NCBI GenBank assembly: GCA_947649355.1
Contig: CANSRG010000001.1
Span: 3,554-67,553, forward strand
Source of the DNA: an uncultured Mycoplasmatota bacterium
GTDB lineage: Bacteria; Bacillota_I; Bacilli_A; RF39; UBA660
Direction of reading: 5' to 3'
DNA length: 64,000 bases
Shown here: piece after piece, positions 18,493-28,042 of the stretch
How positions within the stretch are numbered: position 1 is the stretch's first letter
Layout of the letters: every line of letters begins with the position of its first letter
Position numbers and translations under genes: made by a program
The notes under the pieces: generated by a model
Told to the model about the DNA's origin: nothing
The model's input: only the letters and a program-made list of their open reading frames with translations
Databases searched by the model: none

Positions 18493-18990
18493 CTAATCGT
18501 TCCCCTTTAGTAGTTCCTCCATCTCATCATCGAAGTCATCTCCTGGTAGTTGCATCCTACCTCGGCTAGATGGTGTTAGTCCGAATTCGGTCATAAACTC
18601 TTTGGCGAGTTTAAGGTAACGATGAGCGATAGAAACTTGGGGGATTTGTTGTACATATCCGGATGGAGTTTTTATGATGGTACTTTGTGCCTTATCGATT
18701 TGTTGCTCGGCTTCTTTGTATCTGCTCCAACATTTGCAATATGCCTCTAATGCCGAAGTATCATTGACTTTTAAAAGTCCGAGGTCGGCAAGTATCGGCG
18801 CTACTCTATCCCATTCAGCTTTGGCGATTGGATTACTCTTTATCCATTCTGGTGCTTCTAATAGTGATACATCTGTTATCGCTGGTACACTATTTTCTAA
18901 TTCTATTCGCTCGGTGATATCTCTTTTTCCTGGGTTGCCATTCATCTGATGTACTACTGTTGGCGTTGGTTTTGGTCCTCTCGTTGACAC
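18493..18990 (-). CDS. Terminase small subunit (P27-like)
   Basis: 165 aa. N-terminus MSTRGPKPTPT.., immediately upstream of TerL. Confidence 0.75.
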   Translation of the reverse strand: MSTRGPKPTPTVVHQMNGNPGKRDITERIELENSVPAITDVSLLEAPEWIKSNPIAKAEWDRVAPILADLGLLKVNDTSALEAYCKCWSRYKEAEQQIDKAQSTIIKTPSGYVQQIPQVSIAHRYLKLAKEFMTEFGLTPSSRGRMQLPGDDFDDEMEELLKGND

Positions 18991-19002
18991 ATTGCATTCC
19001 TC

Positions 19003-20340
19003 CTAACTTGGCATATATTCTCCTCCTATTACTTCTTCGTAGGTGTACTCTTTACCATCACGAATTAAACGAATGGTATCAGCACTACCTTTGAATTGTA
19101 AGTATCTCTTGACTATTACATCGACATACTTCTCATCAAGCTCTATTAAGTAACACTTTCTTTCTAGTTGCTCGGCGGCTATCAAGGTTGATCCTGAACC
19201 TCCGAACCCATCGAAGACGATGTCATCTTTTTTACTCGAATTAACCATTAACTTGGCTACGAGTGTGACTGGTTTCATTGTTGGATGTTCTTCGCTTCTT
19301 GTTGGTTTATCATTGTAAATAACTGTACTATTCTCGTTATTACTATCAATTAACTTTTGGAAGAAGTCGACTAATTCGCTTTTGGACATTTTCTTTGGGT
19401 TCATTTGCACGAAGTCATCGATGACTGTGTCTTTATCTCTATCTCCGTACCATTTATGACCTGCTCCTGGTTTCCATCCATAAAGGATTGGCTCATGCCT
19501 CCAGTGATAGTCTTGCCTTCCCATGACTAGGCTATTCTTTACCCATATCAAACATTGCTTATAACAAAATCCGGCATCCATGAATGATTTCCTAAAGTTG
19601 ACCGCTTCCGTGTCGGCATGGAACACATAAATCGGCGCACCACTTTTACAGGCTTCAAAGGTTCTAGTATAAAATGCCACTAAAAAACGATGAAAACTTT
19701 CATCATCTTTAAAATTATCATTTTGAATTTTCTTTCCATCTGCCGATGAGTAATCGACATTGTATGGCGGATCCGTTATCACGGCATCGATTTGCTCGTT
19801 CTCCAGTAATCTGATGTATGTTTCTTTAATTGTGGAGTCGCCACAAATGACTTTGTGGTTTCCAAGTTTCCATATGTCGCCTTGTTTAGAGAATGGAACT
19901 TTCGGAATGTTATTCTCTAGGTCGAAGTCATCTTCTTTTACTTCATCCTTAACAAACATCTTGGTGTATTCTTCTACATCGAACCCTGTTAATTCCATAA
20001 CTCCTACTGTGTTTAATTCTTCGAGTAAAACTCCCAGCTTTTCCATATCCCATTCGCCACTAATTTTATTCAGTGCAACGTTGAGTGCCTTTTCATCTTC
20101 TTTGGATAAATCTAAAACCACACACTCGGCTTCTTCTGTTCCTAGGTCTTTCATGACTGTGGCTCTTTGGTGTCCACCGATGATTGTTCCATCTTTGTTT
20201 ATGATGATGGGATCGACATATCCAAAGTGTAAGAGACTATTCTTTATTTTCTCGTATTCAGCATCTCCTGGTTGGAGGTTCTTTCTAGGGTTGTACTCTG
20301 CTGGTTTTAATTCTTCAATTCTTCGCTTTTCTATATTCAC
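19003..20340 (-). CDS. ParB-like nuclease domain fused to DNA methyltransferase (N6-adenine/N4-cytosine, DPPY motif)
   Basis: N-terminal ParB/Srx motif (DGTIIGGHQR). MTase motif IV ITDPPYNVDY and AdoMet-binding FDGFGGSGST. Confidence 0.8.
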   Translation of the reverse strand: MNIEKRRIEELKPAEYNPRKNLQPGDAEYEKIKNSLLHFGYVDPIIINKDGTIIGGHQRATVMKDLGTEEAECVVLDLSKEDEKALNVALNKISGEWDMEKLGVLLEELNTVGVMELTGFDVEEYTKMFVKDEVKEDDFDLENNIPKVPFSKQGDIWKLGNHKVICGDSTIKETYIRLLENEQIDAVITDPPYNVDYSSADGKKIQNDNFKDDESFHRFLVAFYTRTFEACKSGAPIYVFHADTEAVNFRKSFMDAGFCYKQCLIWVKNSLVMGRQDYHWRHEPILYGWKPGAGHKWYGDRDKDTVIDDFVQMNPKKMSKSELVDFFQKLIDSNNENSTVIYNDKPTRSEEHPTMKPVTLVAKLMVNSSKKDDIVFDGFGGSGSTLIAAEQLERKCYLIELDEKYVDVIVKRYLQFKGSADTIRLIRDGKEYTYEEVIGGEYMPS

Positions 20341-20452
20341 GATTTTTCCTCCTTTAAAATTTGATACCCCCTTATGAAATACGCGATTTCATACACGAAG
20401 TTGGGCGCCGTTCGTTAAAGAGCGTCGCTCTAGCTTTTCATGGGTGGGGGTG

Positions 20453-20806
20453 TTAGTGTTTGATTCCATTGTGGCATGACTCACATAAACTCATGAGATT
20501 ATTTAGGTCTAGCCTTTTGCTCCAGTCTTTCTTAACTGGTATGATGTGGTGTACCATGGTTGCCATAGTAAGTATTCCTTTTCTTCTACACATAACACAA
20601 TGGTATCCATCTCTTGCTAGTGCCAAGGCTCTCACGGCCTCCCACTCTGGTGTCTTATAAAAGGCTGTATATTGGGTGTCTGTACGCTCCCTATTATAAC
20701 GGGTGTAATACTCCTCTTGGTGCTTGGTGCAATACCTTTCTCTCGTAAGGCTCGTACAACCCGCCTTATTGCATAAATGTAGGGCTTTCATGGGCATTTG
20801 CTCCAC
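20453..20806 (-). CDS. HNH endonuclease (packaging-associated)
   Basis: Cys-rich HCVMCRR..HHIIPV..CESCHNGIKH. Sits at the head of the packaging module, as commonly seen with terminases. Confidence 0.8.
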   Translation of the reverse strand: MEQMPMKALHLCNKAGCTSLTRERYCTKHQEEYYTRYNRERTDTQYTAFYKTPEWEAVRALALARDGYHCVMCRRKGILTMATMVHHIIPVKKDWSKRLDLNNLMSLCESCHNGIKH

Positions 20807-20857
20807 CTCTATCCTAAACGCGTCACACAGGGCTTAAAAACGCCCAATTATCGCGTT

Positions 20858-20887
20858 ATTATCTTTTTATATTTTCTAAAAGTCCAA
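20858..20887 (-). promoter_or_regulatory. Candidate sigma-A-type promoter for the HNH/packaging (late) operon
   Basis: Minus strand has TTGGAC, an 18-nt spacer, then GATAAT, directly downstream of the terminator hairpin. Confidence 0.3.
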
Positions 20888-20910
20888 TATCGCCTATTTT
20901 TGATAAATAA

Positions 20911-20932
20911 AAAGGGAATATTGCATCCCTTT
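20911..20932 (-). terminator. Rho-independent terminator separating the early/middle and late modules
   Basis: AAAGGGA-ATATTGCA-TCCCTTT perfect 7-bp stem, followed on the minus strand by TTATTTAT. Confidence 0.5.
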
Positions 20933-21061
20933 CAATTTATCTAATCTTAGGTCGAGGAGGACCAGAAATAAAGTGGTAATTCGTGTGAACTACCACAATA
21001 CCATTATACTATATCTGGTTGCGAGTAAATTGCCCCATTTCTGCTACTTTTCTGCTACTTT

Positions 21062-21364
21062 TTAGCTACTCTCATATAATTTCTTCATTTTTTGACCCAT
21101 TCGGCTTCTTTCGGCATTTTGTTCTCTCATTTGTTGTTTCCTTATTTTTGAAAAATCTAAATGCATTTTTACGACTTTTTTTCTAATTGCTTTTTCCAAT
21201 TCAGTAAGCCTATCTGCTCTTAAAGTCACACTATAATTAACATATTGAGAAAGGGCTTCGGTTTCTCCACATATCGGACATATCGGTGTGCAATCATCAG
21301 CTCTTGAAATTGCAGGATATTCATTATAATGTTTTTTACATTTTGGACATTTCTTTAGTTCCAT
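21062..21364 (-). CDS. Zinc-ribbon protein (hypothetical)
   Basis: Two CxxC pairs: CPKCKK..CPICGE. Confidence 0.45.
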   Translation of the reverse strand: MELKKCPKCKKHYNEYPAISRADDCTPICPICGETEALSQYVNYSVTLRADRLTELEKAIRKKVVKMHLDFSKIRKQQMREQNAERSRMGQKMKKLYESS

Positions 21365-21375
21365 TTTTACCTCCG

Positions 21376-21585
21376 TTAATAATCATACGATTCGGCAATC
21401 ATGTTGCCTTCTTCATTGTATTCGTTTATTCTTATCCAATTATTTTTTTGTAGGGTTGAGACCACAATGTGTTTTTCATCATTGCAGTCTATTATCACAT
21501 TTTCCCCACTTGCATTTGTTGTAGAATAAATGTCTTTTTTTATTTTGCCTTTTTTGAGATTTTTTATCAACTCTTTAATTGCCAT
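21376..21585 (-). CDS. Hypothetical protein
   Basis: 69 aa ORF between GGCT and the Zn-ribbon gene. Confidence 0.35.
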   Translation of the reverse strand: MAIKELIKNLKKGKIKKDIYSTTNASGENVIIDCNDEKHIVVSTLQKNNWIRINEYNEEGNMIAESYDY

Positions 21586-22004
21586 TAGTACATCTCGCTT
21601 TCTTGTAATGCCTTTTCAAGAATTTTCTTATTAAATCCAAATCTTTCATATCCTTTGTCTAGGACATCGTAATAAAATTGTCCAGGTTGCGATTCCTTGT
21701 TAGTGTTCATTATGTAGACCATAGCATCTATAATTTGGCCTTTAACTTTTACCTTTAGCATTTCCTTTCGATAGTAACTAGGGTATCCTTCGTATCTATC
21801 TAGTGATCTCTCATCTTCCGGTTGGATATCCCATATTAGGACAGGGACTTGGTATCCCTGTTTCCTTTCTATGGATGCTGGTCCATCGAATAATAATCTC
21901 CAGTCTTTTAGAATTGTTGTTCCTACTATTGTGGCTGTAGGACATCTTCTTGCCATTTGTTCTTCGCTTAGGTTACTTCCATAAGCAATGTAATATCTTT
22001 TCAT
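21585..22004 (-). CDS. Gamma-glutamyl cyclotransferase-like (AIG2/GGCT fold) protein
   Basis: N-terminus YIAYGSNLSEEQMARRCP is the hallmark YGSN motif. 139 aa. Its start overlaps the stop of the amidoligase gene region. Confidence 0.75.
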   Translation of the reverse strand: MKRYYIAYGSNLSEEQMARRCPTATIVGTTILKDWRLLFDGPASIERKQGYQVPVLIWDIQPEDERSLDRYEGYPSYYRKEMLKVKVKGQIIDAMVYIMNTNKESQPGQFYYDVLDKGYERFGFNKKILEKALQESEMY

Positions 22005-22021
22005 TTTTCATTCCTCCTCTA

Positions 22022-22964
22022 TTATGCTATCGCTTTCTTTTTAGGTGGATAGCCATGCCTCCATGCACCTGTTCCATTCAAATGTTTACATAAGTGCATC
22101 CTACATGATTTGTAGTCATCGCCAATTAATCCAAGTCTTGTTAGGTATGTTCTCATAGCGAATTTTTCATTCTCCGTTTGTGGTTTTCTTGATGATGCTC
22201 CGCTTTGTGTTAAGGCTTGGTAGTTAAGTGCCAAGGCAAGGATTATGTAGGCTCTAATTTTTCCAGCGTGTAGTTCGCTATTGAACCCTCGTAATTCTAC
22301 TGTGTGGTTTCCTGTAAAGTAACTATGTAGGTTTAGAAAATGGTATCTACTTGAGTGATAATGTTCTGTGCTAAAGCCACCATATCCTTCATACCAAATT
22401 TTTCTGATTTGTTCTTCTGTTTTTGGTCGCCTTCTTTTAATTTTATTTACTAGACTTTCATCCATTTTTTGGCACCAATGCGTTCTCTCTGGTGTAATTT
22501 GTAATGATTTGTATAATAAGTCATTCTTACTTGCTATGATGTTTATAAAATTTTTAATCGTTTTTGCATTGTGTGGTTCTCCATCCAAGTGAATGTGAAT
22601 TCCACATTGTAGTCTTTGGTTCACATATGCTCCAGCTTCTCGTAATGCTCTTACAATACTTTGGAGCGTCTCGAAATCTTCTTCGTAAGTAAGTATTGGA
22701 CTTACCAGTTCTACTCTGTATTCCGAACTTGCATCTACTCTTGTACCATTATCAAGTGTTCTTCTTGCTATGATGCTTGAGTCGGACATTACTGTCCATT
22801 TTCTACCATCTTGTTGTTGGATGATTCTCTTATCGTAACCATCTCCTACATACTCTACTGTTCCGCCTATTGTTCTTGCGACCACCTCGGCTGCTTGTGA
22901 TCGTGTAATACCAGTCATCTCAATTTCTATTCCAAATCGAGACTTTAACATTTCGTTTTTCATT
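22022..22964 (-). CDS. Amidoligase family (glutamine synthetase-like carboxylate-amine ligase fold) enzyme
   Basis: Start trimmed to ATG at 22964 (GGGGGAGG RBS). GIEIEMTG..VELVSPIL..GIHIHLDG..ELRGFNS matches amidoligase_2-type motifs. Confidence 0.65.
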
Positions 22965-23042
22965 TCTATTCCTCCCCCTGGTGACACACACATTACCGCG
23001 TAAGGCACACATAGTCCAGCAAATAATCGAAGAAATCTCAAA

Positions 23043-23537
23043 TTATTTCATTATTTCTTCAAATAGGCTCGAAATCTCCCTTTTTATGCCTTCATATTTC
23101 TTGCGAACCCCACTAGAAGTGATGTATTCGTGGTACTCATTTCGGAATTTAGAATTGAATTGATGGGTTATTATGTTCCACTTTTTCTTCTCGAAATGCT
23201 TTTGAATAAGAATGAAACTCGATTCTTCATCTAACGATTCGAGGAGGATATCAACTATTTTGTTCTCATGTTCGAGTGACTTTATCTTATCTTGGCTATC
23301 TTTAATCCATGTCTTGATTTTCTCTTTTTGATTTTCTACTCGTATCATCATGGATTCGATAGGATTCAAATTGTGGCTTGTTTGTACACCTAGGTTCTCA
23401 CATTTAGGCTGTGAGTATAAACTATCTATTTCACTCGCATCTTTCGTGAGAGTTTCTTCCCATTGATTGATTTTTAATTTCAACATTTGGATTGTTGCTT
23501 CATTTCGTTTATAACCATTTAACAATTTATCAATCAT
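23043..23537 (-). CDS. ArpU/RinA-like phage transcriptional regulator (sigma region-4-like HTH), paralog B
   Basis: 164 aa. C-terminus LDEESSFILIQKHFEKKKWNIITHQF.. has the pattern of ArpU-family regulators. It lies upstream of the amidoligase and packaging genes. Confidence 0.45.
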   Translation of the reverse strand: MIDKLLNGYKRNEATIQMLKLKINQWEETLTKDASEIDSLYSQPKCENLGVQTSHNLNPIESMMIRVENQKEKIKTWIKDSQDKIKSLEHENKIVDILLESLDEESSFILIQKHFEKKKWNIITHQFNSKFRNEYHEYITSSGVRKKYEGIKREISSLFEEIMK

Positions 23538-23552
23538 TCTTGATCCTCTCCC

Positions 23553-23861
23553 TTATTTTAATTCTTCGATTATTTTTACCACCTCATCAATACTCGTAAC
23601 TACTCCAGCTGTTACTCCTAATTCTTGAAATTTTCTAATAAGCGCCTTTTGGATTTCAGTCGGTTTGTTCCCTGGTTGTTTTACCTCAAGGCATAAAAAA
23701 AAGGATTTTCCATCCTTCCTAACTACCGCCATCACATCTGGCAAACCTTTAACAGAATAAAGTCCACCATGGTTCTTCCAAGCATAACCTTTCCATGACT
23801 TACCCATTCTTGGTTTATTGATGTAATCCAGTATCTTTTTTACGATATCTCGCTCTAGCAT
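23553..23861 (-). CDS. VRR-NUC domain nuclease
   Basis: Start trimmed to ATG at 23861 (GGGAGG RBS). GLPDVMAVVRKDGKSFFLCLEVKQPGNKPTEIQK is a PD-(D/E)xK/VRR-NUC motif. Confidence 0.7.
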   Translation of the reverse strand: MLERDIVKKILDYINKPRMGKSWKGYAWKNHGGLYSVKGLPDVMAVVRKDGKSFFLCLEVKQPGNKPTEIQKALIRKFQELGVTAGVVTSIDEVVKIIEELK

Positions 23862-23957
23862 TTTTACCTCCCTTGTACACTTTGCACGATATTGGTCAGT
23901 TATTTTTTTATGTGTACATAGCCACAAACCCTTGTAAATAAAGGCTTTCAAGAGAAA

Positions 23958-24168
23958 TTGAACGCTTGAACGCACTTTTTTGAAAAATATATATGCTATA
24001 TATAGTTATAATTACGTGAAAAAGTTATCTCCCCTATAATATATATATTTTTTATAGTTCATAGTTCAATATATAATATATATACCCTTTTTTCCCTTTT
24101 ATTTCCTAGGATTTAATCTTGTACACTTCTTGAACGCAAAATCACTTTTTTTCTTGGTTTCGTTCAAG
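23958..24168. promoter_or_regulatory. Candidate phage replication origin with TTGAACGC iterons and an AT-rich core
   Basis: TTGAACGC occurs at 23958-23965, 23966-23973 and 24130-24137. An inverted copy lies at 24161-24168. They flank a run of TATA repeats at 23990-24100, immediately downstream of the primase gene. Confidence 0.3.
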
Positions 24169-26832
24169 TTCTTTCATCTTTCGTTTATGTTCTTCGATTT
24201 TTTGTTTTAGAATATCTTCTTCGTGGCTAATTTCCAGAGCCTCGCTCCACTCCAAGTCCTCAATCCGCATTTGCTCGGTCGGAGTCAAGTCACGCATATC
24301 TTCATCGACTCTAATGGCAACATACGCAGTTGTTATGCCACCACTGGTTCTTCGTACGGTGTTTCTCCTTTGGCTTGTTTCTATTAAGATGTAACCTCGT
24401 TCCTTGAACCCCTGTAAAGTTTTCTTGTAATTGTATCCCTGTTTTATGAGTTCTTGCTGTAGGATGCTCGGTTGCACTAAAAAATAGACATCTTCGCCTA
24501 TTGTTTCATGAGTTCCATATACTTGGTTCTTGGATAATGGACTAAAGTAATTCACATTCACGGCTATCCAACTTTTAATGTACGAATAAGCCTTGTCGAC
24601 AATATCTACTTCTTTCTGGGTATCCAACTTTTCCAGTATCCTTTTGCCGAAGTGCAACGATGCACTGACATTATCTACATCGAATATTACCATGTTGGAT
24701 ATGTAATCAGCTACACAAATGAGGCTCACGGATGCGATGTGACTACTGATGTTTTCTTCTTTGTTTTCCTCTAACCTTTTACAAAAGTAATCGTACAGGT
24801 CATCTAGTAAGTTAGACTTTGGAACAACAACATTTTCTATTAAGTATTTGATGTACTTCCTTCCGGCGAGTCCATAGTTCTTGGTCGTGAAACGATGCAT
24901 CTCGATCGCATCTCTTTCTTTATCGAAGAGTGGTCCGTATAACTCTAATGTCCTTGATGAGATTCCTGTTTGCGAAGTTTCGCTCGATATCGGCTCCTCG
25001 CCCGTTGTTATAATTGTCATGTTCCATGATGAACGTGACTGGATAGTACCAGTTTTCGTTCCCCTGGTTCTCCCTGTTCCTAGCCCTAACATATAAACTA
25101 AATTGTTGATAAAGTCTTTGTTTCCACCGACTGCTTGCTTTTCATCAATGCCGAATGGGAGATCATTATAAAGAGAAGCCATTCGCTCGATACCTACACT
25201 TGTTGAGTTAAAGTTCCCCATCGTAGCATCTGGATTCCCCCACACGGAGAGTGCTACTTTTAGTGCTGCGGTTTTACCTGCTCTTGAGTCAGCCCAGAAG
25301 TGAGTTATAAAAAGTCTTGTCTTTAATAACTTAATAAGTGGTGACGCGAAGCTCACTTTCAACATACAATTAAAAAGGTCATTTTTCATGAGTGGCTTTA
25401 TTTTCGCTATCCAATCATCTAAGTTGCCAACTTCCTCATATCCTGTCACGAGTTGCTTATTTGTACCATCGCTTTTCAAATGAATATCTCCCGGGTAATG
25501 AGGGAGAAAGTATTTCCCCCACCATCCAAATTGTGATACACATTTCTTGGTTTCTATGGTATCGAAGTTCAGCTCATCCAGTTGTCCTAAATAATCGGAC
25601 ATCTTCTTGGCATTTTCTCCAGTTATAGGTATACCTTTTTCTCCGAGCTGTAGGATTTGTCGTTGGTTGTTTATGATGCTTCTAGTTGTTAGAAACGAGT
25701 TCCACTTTTTAAACTTATAAAACGATATCTCCAATTCCTCGGTTTCATCTTCTAGGTTGTAATAAATCGCCGATATGATGACCGGGATTCTACATATCAG
25801 AGAGTCATCTCCCTTGCCATCTTTGTACACTATTCCATCCTTACAAAGTTCGTAATCATCTGGGATTTTGACTCTTGCAGGCATTCCTGGTACCGGCTCT
25901 TGGGCGAGTAATGTTACTTCTTTTAAGTCGAGCCTTATCGCATCATTCATTAACTTTCTAATTTCGGTACGAAACTTATCATAGTTGTTTAGATTTATCT
26001 CATCGGTGTAATTTGGTACACACTTCTTAAATAAGTCACTTGGATCCTTGCATCCTAGTGTCGAACATGAAAACTCATAAACCTCGGCATTACTGTTTCT
26101 GTTATAAATGGTTTCACATATCTTATTGCGAAAGAGATTCCCTCCTGCATCATTTTCATTATGAATGTACACTTTCTTACCTGTTAGATACCTTAACCAT
26201 TCGATTCTAAACATTGTGGCTCCAGGAATGCCTAGAACTGTGAACCCTGCCAGAGAGAGTGCATGGGTGTCGCTCTCTCCTTCTACCAGTATCACATAGT
26301 CATCCATGCCACGCATTCTTTGTAATCCATACGGAATAATCTTTGAGTTCTTTTCCCACCTGAATGCCTTGTTCTCGCCTCGGTATCTCGTTGCTACGAG
26401 GTTCTCATTGGTATCATAGTAAGGTATCTTGATTCCTTTTTTGTGGTTGCTCATTTTCCATATTTTCTCTAGGTAGACTACAGGGAACTTTTTGTCATGG
26501 GCATAGCTTTCTAACGAAAAAGGTTCTTGCATTTCTGGAGTTGCTGAAGAGTCAACTTTTGGTGGCTTTATGTCGTATGAGTCACACAATTCTTGGTACA
26601 CCGTTGTTGTATCTTTGTTGTCCATTTTCGCTTTAAATCCTATGAAGTTCCCTTTTTCGTTACATCCAAAACAATGATATTTTCCACTAGTTATATCTAT
26701 ACTAAATGATGGCTTATCATCATCGTGAAATGGACATCTCGTTATAAGCGAATTTCCATTCTTCTTTGCGTTAGGTAGGTACTTCTTATATTCTTTTTCG
26801 TAGTCGATAGCATCATCAATTGTTGATTCCAT
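24142..26832 (-). CDS. DNA primase-helicase (CHC2 zinc-finger primase + TOPRIM + C-terminal P-loop domain)
   Basis: 896 aa. CPFHDDDKPSFSI..CFGC is a CHC2 finger. DxD/TOPRIM-like (VLVEGESDT). A later P-loop (DSRAGKTAAL). Confidence 0.8.
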   Translation of the reverse strand: MESTIDDAIDYEKEYKKYLPNAKKNGNSLITRCPFHDDDKPSFSIDITSGKYHCFGCNEKGNFIGFKAKMDNKDTTTVYQELCDSYDIKPPKVDSSATPEMQEPFSLESYAHDKKFPVVYLEKIWKMSNHKKGIKIPYYDTNENLVATRYRGENKAFRWEKNSKIIPYGLQRMRGMDDYVILVEGESDTHALSLAGFTVLGIPGATMFRIEWLRYLTGKKVYIHNENDAGGNLFRNKICETIYNRNSNAEVYEFSCSTLGCKDPSDLFKKCVPNYTDEINLNNYDKFRTEIRKLMNDAIRLDLKEVTLLAQEPVPGMPARVKIPDDYELCKDGIVYKDGKGDDSLICRIPVIISAIYYNLEDETEELEISFYKFKKWNSFLTTRSIINNQRQILQLGEKGIPITGENAKKMSDYLGQLDELNFDTIETKKCVSQFGWWGKYFLPHYPGDIHLKSDGTNKQLVTGYEEVGNLDDWIAKIKPLMKNDLFNCMLKVSFASPLIKLLKTRLFITHFWADSRAGKTAALKVALSVWGNPDATMGNFNSTSVGIERMASLYNDLPFGIDEKQAVGGNKDFINNLVYMLGLGTGRTRGTKTGTIQSRSSWNMTIITTGEEPISSETSQTGISSRTLELYGPLFDKERDAIEMHRFTTKNYGLAGRKYIKYLIENVVVPKSNLLDDLYDYFCKRLEENKEENISSHIASVSLICVADYISNMVIFDVDNVSASLHFGKRILEKLDTQKEVDIVDKAYSYIKSWIAVNVNYFSPLSKNQVYGTHETIGEDVYFLVQPSILQQELIKQGYNYKKTLQGFKERGYILIETSQRRNTVRRTSGGITTAYVAIRVDEDMRDLTPTEQMRIEDLEWSEALEISHEEDILKQKIEEHKRKMKELERNQEKK

Positions 26833-26852
26833 CTTTTTCCCTCCTATCTGGG

Positions 26853-27563
26853 TTATTCTAGTACATCATTATCTGTCTCATCGATTCTTTGAAGTCTTGT
26901 TGTTTGCTTCACGTTAGCCGAGAATTCTCGCATCACTTTCTTTTCATCAGCATTCAAAAGTCTTGAAATGGCGAACTGAACCTTTGAGTATTTGATTCCT
27001 GTTTGGCTTTTTTCTACTGTTAGAGTCATCTTGGTTACGACATCACAGGCTTTCATTCCTTTGGTTACGATTCTCTTTGAAATGTAATCAGAGAAGTTCT
27101 TGATGCTTGTTGGTGGTAGTGTAACGAGTAGTGGTAGTATCTCGCCACTTCGCAAGATGTAAATTCTACGCAAGTTCTTACACTTTTTACCTTTGCCATC
27201 ATCGGCACTGCCATACTTATTCAAAGGACAATTTGCACACGCTCCTCCTGGACATCCGATTCCTAGTTTTCCATCCATGCTACTGCAAGCTGGTGGTTGT
27301 GCCTGTCCGTTGTATTCTTCTTCGAAGTAAGCATTAACTGGGTAGTGATCGACAATGACTCCCTCTATCTCTTTCGAGTATTCTGGCTCATCTGGGTTGT
27401 CTGATCCTGGAAGTTCCCACATCTGACCTCCACCTGATGGTATGCTTATCTTATCGAACGAGATGGTTAATCCATCTAAATCTTCGGTGTCTATCTCCAT
27501 GCCACCTGTTGGTACTACGAAATTCTTTTCATCTTTTACTGCTAATTCATTTTTATTTTCCAT
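26853..27563 (-). CDS. Hypothetical Cys-rich (Zn-binding) protein of the replication/recombination module
   Basis: 236 aa with an acidic N-terminus. CSSMDGKLGIGCPGGACANCPLNKY cysteine cluster. Confidence 0.4.
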   Translation of the reverse strand: MENKNELAVKDEKNFVVPTGGMEIDTEDLDGLTISFDKISIPSGGGQMWELPGSDNPDEPEYSKEIEGVIVDHYPVNAYFEEEYNGQAQPPACSSMDGKLGIGCPGGACANCPLNKYGSADDGKGKKCKNLRRIYILRSGEILPLLVTLPPTSIKNFSDYISKRIVTKGMKACDVVTKMTLTVEKSQTGIKYSKVQFAISRLLNADEKKVMREFSANVKQTTRLQRIDETDNDVLE

Positions 27564-27639
27564 GTTTCATTTCTCCTTTCAATTTTATACATGAAAAAGA
27601 GACTATCACTTTTGATAATCTCTAAAAAAATTGTAATTT

Positions 27640-28041
27640 TTACTCCACTATTTTTTTAATGGTTATTTTATCCTCAAATACTATTTCTATTTGTTCTTCT
27701 TGATTTCCTTCCCCTTTTAAAGTTAGAATGGCTACATTATCTTCCCAAGAAATACTAAAATTATTATCATTTAAAGGGCTTCCATCATTAGATATTTCTG
27801 TTTTATATAATATCTTATTAAAAATTCCATTAAAATTATTTTTGTACGCATAGACTTTTATGTCCTCACTACCAAATGACCACTTTGGTCCATTGCCCTT
27901 TATAACAATCTTATATTCATTGTTTGGAGAAATATATGACTTTACCTTAAAATATAAATTTCCTGAAAATGCTAATATAATCAAAGTTGCAAATATTAAT
28001 AAAAGCAAAACTATAATAAAATAAATTATTTTTTTCATCAT
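27640..28041 (-). CDS. Signal-anchored membrane/secreted protein (moron)
   Basis: 133 aa, N-terminal TM IIYFIIVLLLLIFATLIILAF. Very AT-rich relative to flanking phage genes. Confidence 0.5.
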   Translation of the reverse strand: MMKKIIYFIIVLLLLIFATLIILAFSGNLYFKVKSYISPNNEYKIVIKGNGPKWSFGSEDIKVYAYKNNFNGIFNKILYKTEISNDGSPLNDNNFSISWEDNVAILTLKGEGNQEEQIEIVFEDKITIKKIVE

Positions 28042-28042
28042 T

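Noticed and set aside
19760-20377. 205-aa plus-strand ORF opposite the ParB-methyltransferase gene
   Set aside because: Antisense to a gene with clear catalytic motifs. S/F-rich low-complexity translation. Spurious.
27437-27625. Plus-strand 62-aa ORF and other small plus-strand ORFs scattered through the prophage (e.g. 164-385, 985-1231, 12485-12933, 13938-14621, 17380-17796)
   Set aside because: All are antisense to minus-strand genes in a uniformly minus-oriented operon structure. No RBS or promoter context.
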